DNA of 64,000 nt, taken from contig JBDRMG010000002.1 of assembly GCA_043812495.1 (NCBI GenBank), positions 4,890 to 68,889 on the forward strand. The letters are read 5' to 3'. Source of the stretch: Candidatus Omnitrophota bacterium (lineage in GTDB: Bacteria > Omnitrophota > Gorgyraeia > Zapsychrales > JBDRMG01). The notes beneath the pieces are model-generated. The model had not been told where the DNA came from. It made no database searches and saw nothing but the letters and a program-made list of their open reading frames with translations. The position numbers and the translations under genes were made by a program. This document shows, piece after piece, positions 29,891 through 39,489 of this stretch. Numbering within the stretch: position 1 is the stretch's first letter; the number at the start of each line of letters is the position of its first letter.

Positions 29891-31084
29891 ATGGATTCTT
29901 CTCTGCGAACAAAAAAAATTGTCTTAGCCGAAGGCGAGAATATTATCGCCGAAATTCTTCCTCAATTCTTAAAACCAATGGGATATGAGGTGATGATCTC
30001 TCGTGATGGAGCCAGCGCTCTGGAGATGATCAAGAAAGAACTCCCCGATCTTATTATCGCCGACAGCGATCTTGACAAAATTGACGGGTTCACTCTTTGT
30101 AAAATTCTCAAAAGCATTTTTATCACAGCCTATATTCCCATTATTCTCTTGATTGATAAGAAAAAAATCCGAAAGAAAGTCTTGGAAATTCAGGAAGGGA
30201 TTGATGACTACATTTTTAAGCCGCCGGATCCCATTGATTTGCAAGTGAGGCTGGAAATGGCCCTCAGGCGCTCGGATCATCAAATCCATGCCAATTCATT
30301 GACGCGTTTACCCGGCAACAAAGCCATTGAAATAACCATCCGCGCGCGTCTTCAAAATGAAAGACCTTTTTCTTTTATGTATCTGGACATCAATAATTTC
30401 AAATCGTTTAATGACACATACGGATATGTTCGCGGAGACGGAGTGATTATGCAAGTCAGCCGCATCATGATGCGTTGCGTGTCGAAGCTCGGAAACCCGA
30501 ATGATTTTGTCGGACATATCGGCGGAGATGATTTTGTGGTCGTGACAACACCCCCCAACGAACGAAAGATTGCGGCAGCGATCATCGCGGAGTTTGATCG
30601 GCTGATTCCTCTTCATTATAACGAAGAGGATCGGATGATGGGATACCTCGCGGTGAAGGACAGGCAAAATCGTGAAATCAAAGCGCCTCTGATGGGGATT
30701 TCCATTACCATTGTGAACAACACGTTCCGTAAAATCCACAATATGATTGAGCTAACCGAAATGGCTTCAGAAATTAAGTCATATATCAAAACATTCGGAG
30801 GCAGCGGATACCTCATCAACCGCCGCAGCACAATTGATCAGAATAAATTACAGAGACCAAAAACAGATCTCCGAAGAATTCTGGAATCCTCCCTCTATAA
30901 TAGGGAAGCCGGCCATGCCTTACCTATAGGCCAACGGCTTCTTCAGGCTAATCTCATCAACAGAGAGCAGCTTGACGAAGCCCTTGTCGAACATTGGTCA
31001 AGTCGCAAATTGCTTGGCCAAACGCTCATCAAGATGGGTGTAATTACTAATAGTGATTTAGAGCCGTTTTTCTCAAAATTCTAA
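29891..31084 (+). CDS. Receiver-GGDEF protein with C-terminal MshEN-like motif
   Basis: REC domain, LTRLPGN, DINNFKSFNDTYGY..GD, GGDDF; IGQRLLQANLI..QLDEAL..LLGQTLIKMGVI. Confidence 0.85.
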   Translation: MDSSLRTKKIVLAEGENIIAEILPQFLKPMGYEVMISRDGASALEMIKKELPDLIIADSDLDKIDGFTLCKILKSIFITAYIPIILLIDKKKIRKKVLEIQEGIDDYIFKPPDPIDLQVRLEMALRRSDHQIHANSLTRLPGNKAIEITIRARLQNERPFSFMYLDINNFKSFNDTYGYVRGDGVIMQVSRIMMRCVSKLGNPNDFVGHIGGDDFVVVTTPPNERKIAAAIIAEFDRLIPLHYNEEDRMMGYLAVKDRQNREIKAPLMGISITIVNNTFRKIHNMIELTEMASEIKSYIKTFGGSGYLINRRSTIDQNKLQRPKTDLRRILESSLYNREAGHALPIGQRLLQANLINREQLDEALVEHWSSRKLLGQTLIKMGVITNSDLEPFFSKF

Positions 31085-31192
31085 GAAAACTAAACCTCAC
31101 TTCCGATCTCTCCAATAAATACACAACACGAAGCAGGACAATAAGTTACCGCCCAATAAAAAGGTTATTTCTCGTTTATTTTTTCTTTTTGT

Positions 31193-31221
31193 TTGACCTT
31201 GATATCATTTTTTGATATATT
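31193..31221 (+). promoter_or_regulatory. Sigma70-type promoter of the pur cluster
   Basis: TTGACC-17-TATATT with TG extension. Confidence 0.55.
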
Positions 31222-31269
31222 AGGCGCGTTCAAATTGAGCCAACTTTTGCAAACAAAGGAGTTAAAAAC

Positions 31270-32562
31270 ATGATTGAACGCTACACCCTATCGAAAATGG
31301 GCAATGTGTGGTCGGAAAAGCACAAAATGGATATCATGCTCAAGATCGAAATCCTGGCCTGCGAAGCCATGAGCAAATTGGGCTTGATCCCCAAAGCGGC
31401 TCTTGAAAAAATCAGGAAAAAAGCCAAATTTGATGTCGATGAGGTGAAGCGAATAGAAGAGAAAACAAAGCATGATGTGGTTGCCTTAATTGTCAACATC
31501 GGAGAAAGCATAGGACCTGAAGCGCGCTATCTTCACATGGGGCTCACGTCTTCGGATATTCTGGATACGGCTCTTTCGATCCAGTGCGTTGATGCAAGCA
31601 ACATTTTGATTTCTGATATAAAGAAACTGCTCAACGCCCTTAAGGTGATGGCCAAGAAATATAAGGATACCATTTGCGTAGCGAGGACGCATGGCGTTCA
31701 CGCCGAGCCTACGTCTTTTGGATTGAAGGTAGCCGTCTGGTATGATGAAAACCGCCGGAATCTGGAACGCCTGGAACAAGCCAAGGAAATGATGCGTGTT
31801 GGCAAGCTTTCCGGAGCTGTGGGAACATATGCCAATGTCGATCCTTTTGTGGAAGAATATGTGTGTGAAAAGCTAGGTCTTAAGCCGGCAAATGTAGCCA
31901 CCCAAATTATCCAAAGAGATCACCATTGCCAATTCATGACGACACTGGCTATCGTCGGGTCAACCTTAAACAAAATCGCGACCGAGATCAGGTTGCTTCA
32001 GAAAACGGAAGTGTTGGAAGTCGAAGAACCATTCTTTAAAGGACAAATAGGCTCTTCGGCCATGCCGCATAAAAGGAACCCCGTGACCTGCGAGCGGGTC
32101 TCCGGTTTGTCGCGTATCTTGCGTGCCAATGCCCAAGCGGCCTTTGAAAACATCAATCTCTGGCATGAACGCGATATTAGCCACTCTTCGGTAGAACGCA
32201 TTATTATTCCGGACAGCACGCTCGTTTTGAACTATATGTTCAGCAAGATTATTCCGATTCTCGAAGGGCTTTTGGTTTATCCCAAGAATATGATTACGTC
32301 GTTAACAAAAACCCGCGGCCTGGTCCACTCCCAAAGAATCCTTCTTGAGTTAATGAAAAAGGGGCTCACACGTGATGATGCTTATGCTATTATTCAGCGT
32401 TGCGCCATGCAGGTTTGGCAGGAGACATCTGATTTTAAAGATGTCCTCAACCGTGATCGCAAATTAAGAAAATATCTCACAACGGCCGACTTGGATAAAT
32501 TGTTTGACGTCAAATACTATATACGCCACAGGGACAAAATCTATAAAAAGGTAGGTTTATGA
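31270..32562 (+). CDS. purB: Adenylosuccinate lyase
   Basis: MIERY, GLTSSD, RTHGVHAEP, GSSAMPHKRNP. Confidence 0.97.
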   Translation: MIERYTLSKMGNVWSEKHKMDIMLKIEILACEAMSKLGLIPKAALEKIRKKAKFDVDEVKRIEEKTKHDVVALIVNIGESIGPEARYLHMGLTSSDILDTALSIQCVDASNILISDIKKLLNALKVMAKKYKDTICVARTHGVHAEPTSFGLKVAVWYDENRRNLERLEQAKEMMRVGKLSGAVGTYANVDPFVEEYVCEKLGLKPANVATQIIQRDHHCQFMTTLAIVGSTLNKIATEIRLLQKTEVLEVEEPFFKGQIGSSAMPHKRNPVTCERVSGLSRILRANAQAAFENINLWHERDISHSSVERIIIPDSTLVLNYMFSKIIPILEGLLVYPKNMITSLTKTRGLVHSQRILLELMKKGLTRDDAYAIIQRCAMQVWQETSDFKDVLNRDRKLRKYLTTADLDKLFDVKYYIRHRDKIYKKVGL

Positions 32563-33266
32563 TGGAAAGAAAACAGTCTATTTACGAAGGCAAGGCCAAG
32601 ATTCTTTATGAAACAGATTCTCCCGATTATTTAATTCAGTATTTTAAGGATGACGCGACCGCGTTTAACGCAAAGAAAAAAGGAACCATCAAAGAAAAAG
32701 GAATTATCAACAATAAAATTTCTTCCAAAATATTCGAATACCTCGAGCAGCATGGAATTCCGACTCACTTTGAGAAGATGCTCAGCGATCGGGAAATGCT
32801 CGTTAAGCGCGTGACCATTGTTCCCGTTGAGGTAATTATTCGGAACATTGCCGCGGGTTCTCTATGCAAAATGTTGAATCTTGAAGAAGGAAAAAAATTA
32901 GCATGTCCGACGTTAGAATATTGCTACAAGGAAGATTCGCTCAACGATCCTTTGATCAATGAATACCACATTCTGGCTCTTGAGCTGGCCACAGCGGATG
33001 AAATCGAGACCATCAAGAATTATGCTTTTAAGATCAACACACTCATGCAGAAATTTTTCTCAGCCGTCAATGTGGATTTGGTGGATTTTAAGCTTGAATT
33101 CGGCAGAAACAAAGGCCGGATTATTCTGGCGGACGAGATTTCTCCTGACACCTGCCGTCTGTGGGAAAAGGGGACCGGCCGCAGGTTGGACAAAGACCGA
33201 TTCCGCAGAGATCTCGGTAATATCGAGGAAGCCTATCAGGAAATGTTAAGCAAAGTAACGCAGTAA
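32559..33266 (+). CDS. purC: SAICAR synthetase
   Basis: YEGKAK, FKDDATAFN, VDFKLEFG, ADEISPDTCRLW, DKDRFR. Confidence 0.97.
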   Translation: MMERKQSIYEGKAKILYETDSPDYLIQYFKDDATAFNAKKKGTIKEKGIINNKISSKIFEYLEQHGIPTHFEKMLSDREMLVKRVTIVPVEVIIRNIAAGSLCKMLNLEEGKKLACPTLEYCYKEDSLNDPLINEYHILALELATADEIETIKNYAFKINTLMQKFFSAVNVDLVDFKLEFGRNKGRIILADEISPDTCRLWEKGTGRRLDKDRFRRDLGNIEEAYQEMLSKVTQ

Positions 33267-33284
33267 TCGTTTCCTTTGGATTTA

Positions 33285-33529
33285 TTCTCCTTCGCCTTTC
33301 AAATGGAGCATAATGGTAAAGGCTTCGGAGAATCATTCAAAGTAGGATATTCTACGAAGTTCTCCTTCGCTAAAGTTCGACTTCGCTCTTCGAGCTTCGT
33401 CGAAATTTCGCCGAAGCATGAAATGCGAAGGCGGACTTCGGAGGAATCCTTCGGAGTCCGCCAATGAAACAATGGCGGACGAAGAAGGACATATGCTATC
33501 GTTTCCATTGGTTATGCGAAGTAGAATGA
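33285..33529. repeat. Nested REP-like palindrome cluster with TTC/TTC (GAA/GAA) internal loops
   Basis: About six hairpins, e.g. TTCGAC-TTC-GCTC-TTC-GAGC-TTC-GTCGAA inserted into CCTTCGCTAAAG^CTTCGGAGG. Confidence 0.75.
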
Positions 33530-33567
33530 CTCTTCGACACAAGCATTCTTCCACCGCGGCCTCTCGT

Positions 33568-33686
33568 TTCAATGAGGCCCGCACTTATGAAACGATAGTG
33601 AACATAAGTGCGAGGCCGAATTGACCCCCACACCAATTATGAAATAATTGGTGTGGGGGATAAAATAAATACAATTATAATATTTC
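33568..33686 (+). repeat. Family A element, copy 4
   Basis: TTCAATGAGGCC CGCACTTATG..CATAAGTGCG AGGCCGAATTGAC CCCCACACCAATTA..TAATTGGTGTGGGGG..TATAATATTTC. Confidence 0.9.
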
Positions 33687-33735
33687 CTTTTAAAGAGAGG
33701 CCCGCATAATTTCAACACAGGTTTAGAACAACGCG

Positions 33736-36630
33736 ATGATTTGGCGAGTCGAAATAAAAGATAAAGAAGGTGTTTTTGATGCCGCAGGCGAAAGCACAAA
33801 AAAAGCTATCTTTGATCTCGGTATCCGCTCAATATCTCATGTGCGCGTCATCTCCGTTTTCTTGATTGAAGGCAACTTAAGCCGCGCACAGATTCAAACG
33901 ATCTGCGAAGAGCTCCTGGTGGATAAAATCATCCAGGAGTATTCTTTTTGCCCCAATCAAGAAACCGCTATTCCCTCCGCTCGTACTCCCTTTATTGTCG
34001 AAATCGCTTATCATCCCGGCGTCATGGATCCCGTGGAGGCCTCAACGCTCAAAGGTATCCGTGACCTTGACATTGAAGGCGTCCAAGCGGTTCATACGGC
34101 CAGAAAATATATTCTTGATGGCGATCTTGCGGAAGATGACCTTGATGTGATTGTCAACAAGGTTCTTTCCAATAAATTGATCCAGCATGTGGTGCGCACA
34201 CCTTTGAAGGAAACAAAGAAGATTTCTCAAGAAAAACATATTGATGTTTTTACGGTTGATCTGCTCAAAGCCAATAACAAAAAGTTATTGCGCATCAGTA
34301 AGGAAGGGCAGCTTTTTCTTAATCTCAAAGAAATGAAGGCCATCCAGGCTTATTTCAAGAAACTTAAGCGAAATCCCACCGATTGCGAGCTCGAGACCAT
34401 TGCGCAGACTTGGAGCGAACATTGTTACCATAAGACCTTTCGCGGCGACATCCGTTATACAAGCGAGGAGAACGGAAAGAAGAAGACCCAATTGATCCGC
34501 AGCTTATTGAAAAGCACCATCATGAAGGCCACCAAGGAAATAGGAAAGTCCTGGTGCGTTTCTGTTTTTCATGACAATGCCGGCGTGATTAAATTTGACG
34601 CAGACATGCATGTCTGCTTTAAAGTGGAAACCCATAATCATCCTTCGGCTCTAGAGCCTTTTGGCGGGGCCAATACCGGTATCGGCGGGGTCATTCGCGA
34701 TGTTCTGGGCACCGGGCTCGGCGGAAAGCCCATTTGTAACACCGATGTTTTTTGTTTTGCGCCGCCGGATTATCCATTCGACCGTTTGCCCGAAGGGACG
34801 CTGCATCCCAAAAGGATTATGAAAGGCGTGGTCAGCGGCGTGCGTGATTACGGAAATAAAATGGGCATTCCCACGGTCAACGGAGCCATTATCTTTGATG
34901 AACGATTTGTAGGAAATCCTTTGGTGTATTGCGGGACCGTAGGTTTGATTCCCAAGGATTGTGTTAAGAAAAAAGCCCTCAAAGGAGATTTGATTGTCGC
35001 GGTGGGCGGGCGCACCGGCCGGGACGGTATTCACGGAGCGACATTCTCTTCGGGAGAATTGACGCATGAATCCGAGCATATTTCATCCGGCGCGGTTCAA
35101 ATCGGTGATCCCATTCAGGAGAAAAAGGTGCTGGATGTTTTGATGCAGGCCAGGGATCGGCATCTCTATAGTGCGATCACGGATTGCGGGGCCGGCGGTT
35201 TCTCAAGCGCAGCCGGTGAAATGGGCCAAGAATTGGGCTGCAAGATTGATTTAGACAAGGCGCCTTTGAAGTATGAGGGACTAAGCTATACGGAGATTTG
35301 GATTTCTGAATCTCAAGAAAGAATGGTGCTTGCCGTCCCCAAGAAAAATATTAAGGCCTTGCTGAAGATTTTTGCGGATGAAAATGTCGAAGCCACCGTG
35401 ATTGGAGAATTTACCGGGACAAAACGATTAGAACTATTTTTTCATGGCCGAAAGGTCGCTAGCCTTGATATGAATTTCTTGCATCAGGGGCCGCCGCGAG
35501 GAACTCAAGAGGCCCTCTGGGCAAAACCCAAAAGCAAAGAACCAAAAATTTCCTGTCCGGATAACCTGACGAACAAATTATACGAAATCCTTTCCCATTA
35601 TAATGTATGCTCCAAAGAATGGGTGATCCGCCAATATGATCATGAGGTGCAAGGGACAAGCGTCATTAAATCTTTGGTCGGCCCGGCGGGTATAGGGCCT
35701 TGCGACGCGAGCGTGATTCGTCCCAAGCTGAATTCTTCCAAGGCCATTGCCATTTCTAACGGAATCAATATCCGTTTTGGCATGATTGATCCGTTCTGGA
35801 TGGCTGCCTCGTGCATTGATGAAGCGATTCGGCAGATTGTGGCTGTGGGCGGAAACCCTGAGCGCATCGCGATTTTGGATAATTTCTGCTGGGGCAACCC
35901 GGACAAAAAAGACCGTCTGGGATCAATGGTCCGAGCGGCTTTGGGCTGTTATCAAACCGCCCTCGGTTACCAAGTTCCTTTTATATCAGGCAAAGATAGT
36001 TTGAATAATGAGTACGCGGATAAGGGAAAGCTGATTTCTATTCCCGGCACTCTTTTGATTTCCGCGATCGGCATTGTGGACGATGTCTCTAAAACCTTGA
36101 CCATGGATTTCAAGAAAGACGGGAACCTTATTTATCTCATCGGTGCGACCTCGGATGAGCTCGGGGGCTCCATTTATTATGATACCTATCGCGCACTTGG
36201 GAAAAACGTTCCTTTAGTGAATACAAAAAAAGGTCAAAAGTTATTTAAAGCGATGCATCGGGCAAGTCAAAAAGGATTACTTCAATCGGCGCACGATTGT
36301 TCCGAAGGCGGGCTTGGGGTGGCCCTTGCGGAGATGTGTTTCGCGGGACAGCTTGGCGCATCCGTCTTTCTCAAAGATGTTCGTTGTCAAGGCGGGCTCA
36401 AGAGAAATGATGCCATTCTTTTCAGCGAATCTAATACGCGGTTTGTGGTTGAGGTTGCGGCTAAAGACCGAAAGGCCTTTGAGCGCATTTTTGACACAAT
36501 ACCTTGCGGTTTAATCGGATGCGTTAGCTCAAAAAAGGTATTTACTGTTTACGGTTTAGATGGTAATGTTTGTGTTGTGAGCAATATTGATTCTCTAAAG
36601 AATGCGTGGCAAAAGACACTGGATTGGTAA
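33736..36630 (+). CDS. purL: FGAM synthase PurL with N-terminal PurS-like domains
   Basis: QTWSEHCYHK, ETHNHPSA, GRDGIHGA, QYDHEV, SGKDSL. Confidence 0.95.
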   Translation: MIWRVEIKDKEGVFDAAGESTKKAIFDLGIRSISHVRVISVFLIEGNLSRAQIQTICEELLVDKIIQEYSFCPNQETAIPSARTPFIVEIAYHPGVMDPVEASTLKGIRDLDIEGVQAVHTARKYILDGDLAEDDLDVIVNKVLSNKLIQHVVRTPLKETKKISQEKHIDVFTVDLLKANNKKLLRISKEGQLFLNLKEMKAIQAYFKKLKRNPTDCELETIAQTWSEHCYHKTFRGDIRYTSEENGKKKTQLIRSLLKSTIMKATKEIGKSWCVSVFHDNAGVIKFDADMHVCFKVETHNHPSALEPFGGANTGIGGVIRDVLGTGLGGKPICNTDVFCFAPPDYPFDRLPEGTLHPKRIMKGVVSGVRDYGNKMGIPTVNGAIIFDERFVGNPLVYCGTVGLIPKDCVKKKALKGDLIVAVGGRTGRDGIHGATFSSGELTHESEHISSGAVQIGDPIQEKKVLDVLMQARDRHLYSAITDCGAGGFSSAAGEMGQELGCKIDLDKAPLKYEGLSYTEIWISESQERMVLAVPKKNIKALLKIFADENVEATVIGEFTGTKRLELFFHGRKVASLDMNFLHQGPPRGTQEALWAKPKSKEPKISCPDNLTNKLYEILSHYNVCSKEWVIRQYDHEVQGTSVIKSLVGPAGIGPCDASVIRPKLNSSKAIAISNGINIRFGMIDPFWMAASCIDEAIRQIVAVGGNPERIAILDNFCWGNPDKKDRLGSMVRAALGCYQTALGYQVPFISGKDSLNNEYADKGKLISIPGTLLISAIGIVDDVSKTLTMDFKKDGNLIYLIGATSDELGGSIYYDTYRALGKNVPLVNTKKGQKLFKAMHRASQKGLLQSAHDCSEGGLGVALAEMCFAGQLGASVFLKDVRCQGGLKRNDAILFSESNTRFVVEVAAKDRKAFERIFDTIPCGLIGCVSSKKVFTVYGLDGNVCVVSNIDSLKNAWQKTLDW

Positions 36631-36658
36631 GCCATAGTCAAACAGGAAAGGTAAGAGA

Positions 36659-37339
36659 ATGAAAAATCGAAGAAGCGTTAAGGATGATTACAATCTCGAA
36701 GATCCCTGGCGGATATTTCGCATTATGGCCGAATTTGTGGATGGGTTTGATACGCTTTCTCAAATCGGTCCGGCGGTCACCATCTTTGGATCTGCAAGAC
36801 TCAAAAAAAATCACAAATATTATCAAGTCGCTGTTCGCACGGCTTATCTTCTGGCGAAAGAAGGGTATGCTGTGATCACGGGCGGCGGTCCCGGCATTAT
36901 GGAAGCAGGCAACAAAGGCGCTTCGATGGCCAAGGGCCAATCGATAGGGTTGAATATCGATTTACCTTTTGAGCAAATTCCCAACAAGTACATCAATCTG
37001 ATGATGCATTTTCATTATTTTTTCTGCCGGAAGGTGATGTTTGTTAAATACGCCAAGGCCTTCGTTATTTTTCCCGGCGGATACGGGACCTTGGATGAAT
37101 TCTTTGAAAGCATCACGCTTATCCAAACCAAACGCATGGAGCGTTTTCCCGTTATTCTTGTAGGAAAGAAGTATTGGGTCGATTTAGCGGATTGGCTGAA
37201 ACGTTTTGTGTTAAAAGAGAACTGTATCAGCGCAAGCGATTTCGATATTTTCAAGATTGTCGATAAGCCCGAAGAAGTCGTGAAGGTCATTAAGGATTTT
37301 TATAAGCACGGCAAAAACAATCATGCCAAAAAAAGTTAA
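36659..37339 (+). CDS. LOG-family (TIGR00730) nucleotide phosphoribohydrolase
   Basis: FGSAR, TGGGPGIMEAGN, PGGYGTLDE. Confidence 0.9.
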   Translation: MKNRRSVKDDYNLEDPWRIFRIMAEFVDGFDTLSQIGPAVTIFGSARLKKNHKYYQVAVRTAYLLAKEGYAVITGGGPGIMEAGNKGASMAKGQSIGLNIDLPFEQIPNKYINLMMHFHYFFCRKVMFVKYAKAFVIFPGGYGTLDEFFESITLIQTKRMERFPVILVGKKYWVDLADWLKRFVLKENCISASDFDIFKIVDKPEEVVKVIKDFYKHGKNNHAKKS

Positions 37340-38135
37340 AGTTGTCGTCTTAAGAACGGCCGGAACCAATTGCGATCAGGAAACGGTTTTTGCTTTCCAA
37401 AGCGTTGGGGCCGATGTTGATTTGGTCCATATCAACAAATTTTTCAAAGGCGAGAAGAGACTTAAGGATTATCAAATTCTGGCTTTGCCGGGTGGGTTTA
37501 CCTATGGGGATGATATCGCGGCCGGACGGATTTTGGCCAATGAATTGCGCCTGAAACTCGGCGATGACCTGCGCGCCTTTATTCAAGAAGGCAAATTAAT
37601 CATCGGTATTTGCAACGGTTTTCAGGTGATGGTCAAGGCCGGCCTTTTGCCGGGTACGATGAATGGCCAAAGAAATTCTGGCCGGGATTTTGCTCAGAGG
37701 GCAACACTCATGATCAATGATTCAGGGAAGTTCGAAGATCGATGGGTGCATTTGAAACCCGCCGGTCATTGCGTCTGGACCGAAGGCATGGAAGAACCTG
37801 TTTCTTTTCCCGTGGCTCACGGGGAGGGAAAGTTTGTTTGCCAAGATGCAAAGACTCTTAAAAGCCTCAAAGACGACGGTCAGGTTATTTTCCGTTATTG
37901 TGACCCGTTGGGTGGTGATCCCGTTTATCCGGAGAATCCTAACGGGAGCGTTGATCATATTGCCGGCATCACTGATTCAACCGGGCGCGTCTTTGGCCTG
38001 ATGCCGCATCCGGAACGGCATTTTCTCTCGACGCAGCATCCGGCCTGGACGCGTTTAAAAAAGAAGACACGATTTGGGGATGGCGCGCGCATTTTTCATA
38101 ACGGTGTGGATTACGTTAAGAAAAATTTATTATAG
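37323..38135 (+). CDS. purQ: FGAM synthase glutaminase subunit
   Basis: GTNCD, PGGFTYGD, GICNGFQ, AHGEG, MPHPER. Confidence 0.95.
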   Translation: MPKKVKVVVLRTAGTNCDQETVFAFQSVGADVDLVHINKFFKGEKRLKDYQILALPGGFTYGDDIAAGRILANELRLKLGDDLRAFIQEGKLIIGICNGFQVMVKAGLLPGTMNGQRNSGRDFAQRATLMINDSGKFEDRWVHLKPAGHCVWTEGMEEPVSFPVAHGEGKFVCQDAKTLKSLKDDGQVIFRYCDPLGGDPVYPENPNGSVDHIAGITDSTGRVFGLMPHPERHFLSTQHPAWTRLKKKTRFGDGARIFHNGVDYVKKNLL

Positions 38136-38152
38136 TTTATGTTGGAAAAATC

Positions 38153-38346
38153 TTGAACGCAGATCAACGCAGATCAACGCAGATCCAACGCAGATTTACG
38201 CAGATTCTTTTTTCGATTCAATTTGCGACCATTCGCGTTTGATCTGTCCCTCGCTTCTTGTGGTTCGACTCTCGCTCACCATCCTGAGCGAAAGTCGAAG
38301 GACTCGGGACTCCGAGCGAAAAGCGAGGAGGAAAATCCGCGTTTAA
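38153..38346. repeat. Five tandem ACGCAGAT units plus an antisense arm with nested REP-like hairpins
   Basis: AACGCAGATC x3, AACGCAGATT, TACGCAGATT; TTCGACTCTCGCTCA..TGAGCGAAAGTCGAA; closes with ATCCGCGTTTAA. Confidence 0.7.
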
Positions 38347-38487
38347 AGACATTTTTTCATTATTGGTCTTTTCCTTATTAATGGAACAGTCAATAATATT
38401 CTCTCTATACGAGAAAGAAGACCTAATATTGACTTCCACCGTTCCTTTAATAAAGAGAAAGTCAATAAGAACTACTATAAATTATCC

Positions 38488-39489
38488 ATGAAAAATAAGA
38501 TAACATACAAAAATAGCGGTGTGGACATTCAAAAGGCTAATCGCTTTGTCGCTTCCATCGAACGCATGATTGCCGGCACGCAAGCGTCAGCTGTCCTCAA
38601 GAGAAAAGGAAGCTTCGGAAGCTTATTTGCTTTTGATAATAAAAAATACCGCGAGCCTGTTTTGGTCTCCTCAGCAGATGGCGTGGGAACAAAACTGATG
38701 ATCGCGAATTTGGCCGGCAAACACGATACCGTCGGCATTGATTGCGTGGCGATGAATGTGAACGATATTCTCTGCTGCGGGGCCAAGCCTTTATTTTTCT
38801 TGGATTATGTAGCTTGCGGAAAAATTCATCCCAAAGTCCTCAAAGACGTACTCAAGGGAATTGTGTGGGGATGCCAACAAGCCGGATGCAGCTTGATCGG
38901 AGGCGAGACAGCTGAGATGCCGGGTATTTACAAAAAAGAAGACTATGACCTGGCCGGATTTACGGTTGGCGTTGTTGAAAAGAGCCGCATGATCGACGGT
39001 TCAAAAATTCAGGCCGGCGACAGACTGATTGGTCTTGCATCGAACGGACTGCATTCCAACGGTTTTTCTCTGGTACGAAAGATTCTTTCTAAGAAACAGC
39101 AAAAGACAATGGCCCAAGAGCTCCTTAGGCCGACAAAAATTTATGTTCAGCCGGTTTTAGGTTTACTTACCGAATTTTCTATACGAGGAATGGCGCATAT
39201 TACGGGCGGTGCTTTTTATGAAAAATTAACAAAAATTATACCGCAAGGCCTATGCTGCGCGATCGACCAAGGAAGCTGGCCTGTCCCAAAGATTTTTGAA
39301 ATGCTTCGCGCCCAAGGCTGCCTTTCTACGAGGGAAATGTTTACCACCTTTAATATGGGTATCGGTATGGTCCTTGTGGTTCGCCCTAAAGATAGTGAAT
39401 CTGTCAGACGATATCTGCAAAAACAAAAAATACAATCATGGGACATCGGTGAGGTTGTTAAGAATCGTCAAGGAAAGATTAAATTATGA
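38488..39489 (+). CDS. purM: AIR synthetase
   Basis: YKNSGVDI, DGVGTK, GGETAEMPG, SNGLHSNG, AHITGG, FNMGIG. Confidence 0.97.
   Translation: MKNKITYKNSGVDIQKANRFVASIERMIAGTQASAVLKRKGSFGSLFAFDNKKYREPVLVSSADGVGTKLMIANLAGKHDTVGIDCVAMNVNDILCCGAKPLFFLDYVACGKIHPKVLKDVLKGIVWGCQQAGCSLIGGETAEMPGIYKKEDYDLAGFTVGVVEKSRMIDGSKIQAGDRLIGLASNGLHSNGFSLVRKILSKKQQKTMAQELLRPTKIYVQPVLGLLTEFSIRGMAHITGGAFYEKLTKIIPQGLCCAIDQGSWPVPKIFEMLRAQGCLSTREMFTTFNMGIGMVLVVRPKDSESVRRYLQKQKIQSWDIGEVVKNRQGKIKL

Noticed and set aside
33276-33799. Several short overlapping ORFs between purC and purL
   Set aside because: By-products of GC-rich palindromes with no recognisable protein features.
38074-38439. ORFs containing TQINAD-like repeats
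   Set aside because: Translations of the ACGCAGAT DNA repeat cluster.
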